Shown here piece after piece: positions 61,425-64,000 of a stretch of DNA of 64,000 nucleotides. Position numbers and translations under genes: made by a program. The notes beneath the pieces are model-generated. The model did no database searches. It had not been told where the DNA came from and saw only the letters and a list, made by a program, of their open reading frames with translations. How positions within the stretch are numbered: position 1 is the stretch's first letter; every line of letters starts with the position of its first letter. The DNA is from Podarcis vaucheri (Eukaryota): NCBI GenBank assembly GCA_965113315.1, contig OZ220366.1; one strand, given 5' to 3'.

Positions 61425-62919
61425 TATATCCTAAGGGCACTTTGAGGAAAGTGGAGGAGGAACAGGGAGGAGATGGGCCTTTAAAGAGACACATTGTGCT
61501 GAAAAACTACATGCCAACTACATATAATGTTATATACATGGTTTAATGTTCCGTGAGTCTTGTTTTTATTTGTGGATCAGTCAGGACTGGGAATACAACA
61601 CACATGGAGGAGAGTTTTGGGGTTGTTGTGATTGTTAGTGTTCTACCACTTCCTCCGATACTGGAGTCTCCACATGGAAGAGATGTCACTACTAGTGGCA
61701 ATGGGAATTTCCTTCTTGTACCAAATAGCAGTTCTGTGTGAAGGAGGATTCCCTTTGGGACACTAGCATAGGAGGAAAGGGTTAAACCCCTCCCATGTAT
61801 CACAGTGCTGAACCTGACTAGGTTCATCAGCAGCTGCTATTTAAAGCATTAAAAAAAATACTACATATTAAATCACATGCTTAACATCACATGTAGTTTG
61901 ACCCTCAGAATGAGAAGCTGAGGACAGCATTTTCTCTAGAATGAGAAAGAGCCCAGTTCTCTGCAAGACTCCAAGGTATCACCATGACTAACGCAGAGCA
62001 TCCATTCATGTCTTTTGGGGATAGTAACTATAACCCCCCAAATTAAAGTGTTTCTCTGAAAGCTTGAGATAAAATTAATCGTGTAGTTTAAACACATCAG
62101 TTTTTCATATAAAAGGGACATTGTGGATGTGCATAAGGGAGAACATCAGTAGATAAATAGTGTTGTTTTTTGTTTTGAAGGTAGAACAGTTCACATCATA
62201 TCAGAAAGCTTTATAATGAATATAAATTAGAAGCAAACTCTGTTTGCATGAGGCACATTTGTCTTCAAATAATCTGGTTATTTCTGGTTAGCTAATCAAA
62301 TGGTATGATATTCTGAATATCTGCACGGTTCTAAATTAGAGGATTCTAAATGAGTTCTGTCAGATTTTGCAAGATTAATAATTTTCAGAATTAACCATGT
62401 GTCTGTGACATTATGCAGCTTTTAATTATCATCTCATTCCATGTGTGATGAACTGAAATATATGGTTCTACAGAAGATTGTACTATGAGATGATTATGTG
62501 AAGGAATTAGATTCTATTTTCTCACTCAGGCTTAAAGTGACCACTTCTAAAATGAAAGGAAGTGCTTAAGAGAATGCTATCAGTGGTTTTTTTTAAAGGA
62601 GATGTTCTTATGCCTTGGAGAAGTCCAGGACTTCTGTCGAGGCCCATGGCTTATAGCAGTTAAGCAGCATGAAAAACAGTATTGCTTGAGTGGATACTTC
62701 AACACGTGGGAGCCAGGATGAAAGGGATAATAGATGTTAGTGGTCAAGAAACCAAGCTAAGGCAAGTTCCAAGACAGGGCTCTGAGCAGGCAAGAATGAC
62801 AGTGTCACTGAAACAAAGAAGCAGGGGAAGTTTTAGGAAGCTTATTGAGAAAGGCAGAAAGAAGCAGGAAGGGGGTAAGAGGCTGCATCTGAGTTGAAGA
62901 CAGGATGTGCTTTGTGTCA

Positions 62920-63492
62920 TCAGAAGAGCCCTGCTTGATCAGACCAGAAGTCTACCCATTTCAAAGTGCTCTTTCCTACAGGGGTCAACCTGTGTCATTG
63001 TGAATCCATAAGCAGAACATGAATGCAATAGTACTCTCCTGTCCATGGTCCCCAGCAACTGGTATTCAGAAGCAGAGTGCTTCTCACACTGGAGGTAATC
63101 TGTCCATCATGATCAGTAGTCACTGATACTCTTACCCTGTATGAATTTGTCTAATCCTCAGTCCAAATTGGTTGCCATCACTACATCTTGTAGTAGCAAA
63201 GTCCATAGTTTATTTGTGTTCTCTGTGAAGCAGTACTTCCTTTTGTCTGCCCTGAATCTCCAAATATTCAGCTTCATCAGTTTGCTCTCTATGATTAGAA
63301 AGGAAGAAAAGCCTCTCACTCTACCCATTTCTTCCATACAGTGCATAATCGTAGGCACCTTTATCACGTCGTCCCAGTTACATTTTCTTTAAATTCAAAA
63401 GTCTGAGAGATTTGTAGTATTTACTTTTAGGGAAGATATTACATTCTCCTAATCATTGTGGTTGCCCTTTTCTGCACTTATTTCAGCTGTAG

Positions 63493-63545
<53 letters not shown>

Positions 63546-63790
63546 GACAACTGCAACTGTGCATAAGTTTCTAAGTGCATAGATTTGTATAATGGCATGA
63601 TGACACTGGCAGTTTTATTTTTGACCCTTGTCCTAATAATTCCAAGGATTTTCCATTTTCACTGTTTCACACACTGGGTTACTCTATTCATTAGGCCACT
63701 CCAACCCCAATATCTTTTATGATTAGTCACTGCCAGTTCAGACCACATCAGCCCCAATGTAATCCTGATTGATCCATCAATATTCCTTTT
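62920..63790 (-). mobile_element. Degenerate CR1 LINE 3' region, with (CT)n at 63495-63540
   Basis: Minus-strand ORF 63158..63367, KLNIWRFRADKRKYCFT...LW..L.QDVVMATNLD, is the CR1 ORF2 C-terminus, followed by the CR1 3' UTR. Confidence 0.8.
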
Positions 63791-64000
63791 TTGGCACCAT
63801 GCTGCGATTTAATTCTACAAAATCTCTAGTTAAACTCAAAGGCAGGCAGAGTGAAACCATGGAAAAATAACCCAACATAAAATAAAAAATCAATTTATCC
63901 AAGTCAATGTTGTTCAGCCAGTAAAGCATGGCCCATGACCTTCTCTTTTAACCCCAAAATGCCTACTTATGTAGGAGTACAAAACAGTGGCACTTCTGAG

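Noticed and set aside
1-64000. Prokaryotic-style systems (operons, CRISPR arrays, defence islands)
   Set aside because: The sequence is vertebrate intron and intergenic DNA; there are no repeat-spacer arrays or dense ORFs.

Overview
Eukaryotic, AT-rich, repeat-dense vertebrate DNA. The repeats (Sauria SINEs, Squam3-like tRNA SINEs, BovB/RTE, L2, CR1, L1, many hAT and Tc1/mariner MITEs) point to a squamate reptile, probably a lacertid lizard (inference). Only one host coding segment is well supported: the last coding exon of NSUN3 (mitochondrial tRNA m5C methyltransferase; 3029-3290, +), carrying the motif VI 'STC' catalytic cysteine. The remaining ~60 kb is 3' UTR and gene-poor intergenic DNA. 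Apart from that exon, the ORFs in the track are retroelement fragments, their antisense shadows or chance ORFs. I found no convincing new multi-gene system. The notable structure is at the transposon and regulatory level: a three-layer nest (CR1 3' end < solo LTR < young L2) with a recoverable target-site duplication (TSD), a compound hAT element holding an LTR-like sequence and a mariner-type MITE, a MITE splitting a BovB RT, a rearranged Sauria SINE locus, a bidirectional LTR-like unit, a pre-miRNA-like hairpin, candidate POU/Sox enhancers, one orphan exon-like segment on the minus strand, and a possible poison exon in the last NSUN3 intron. Family names come from recognition and were not database-checked.
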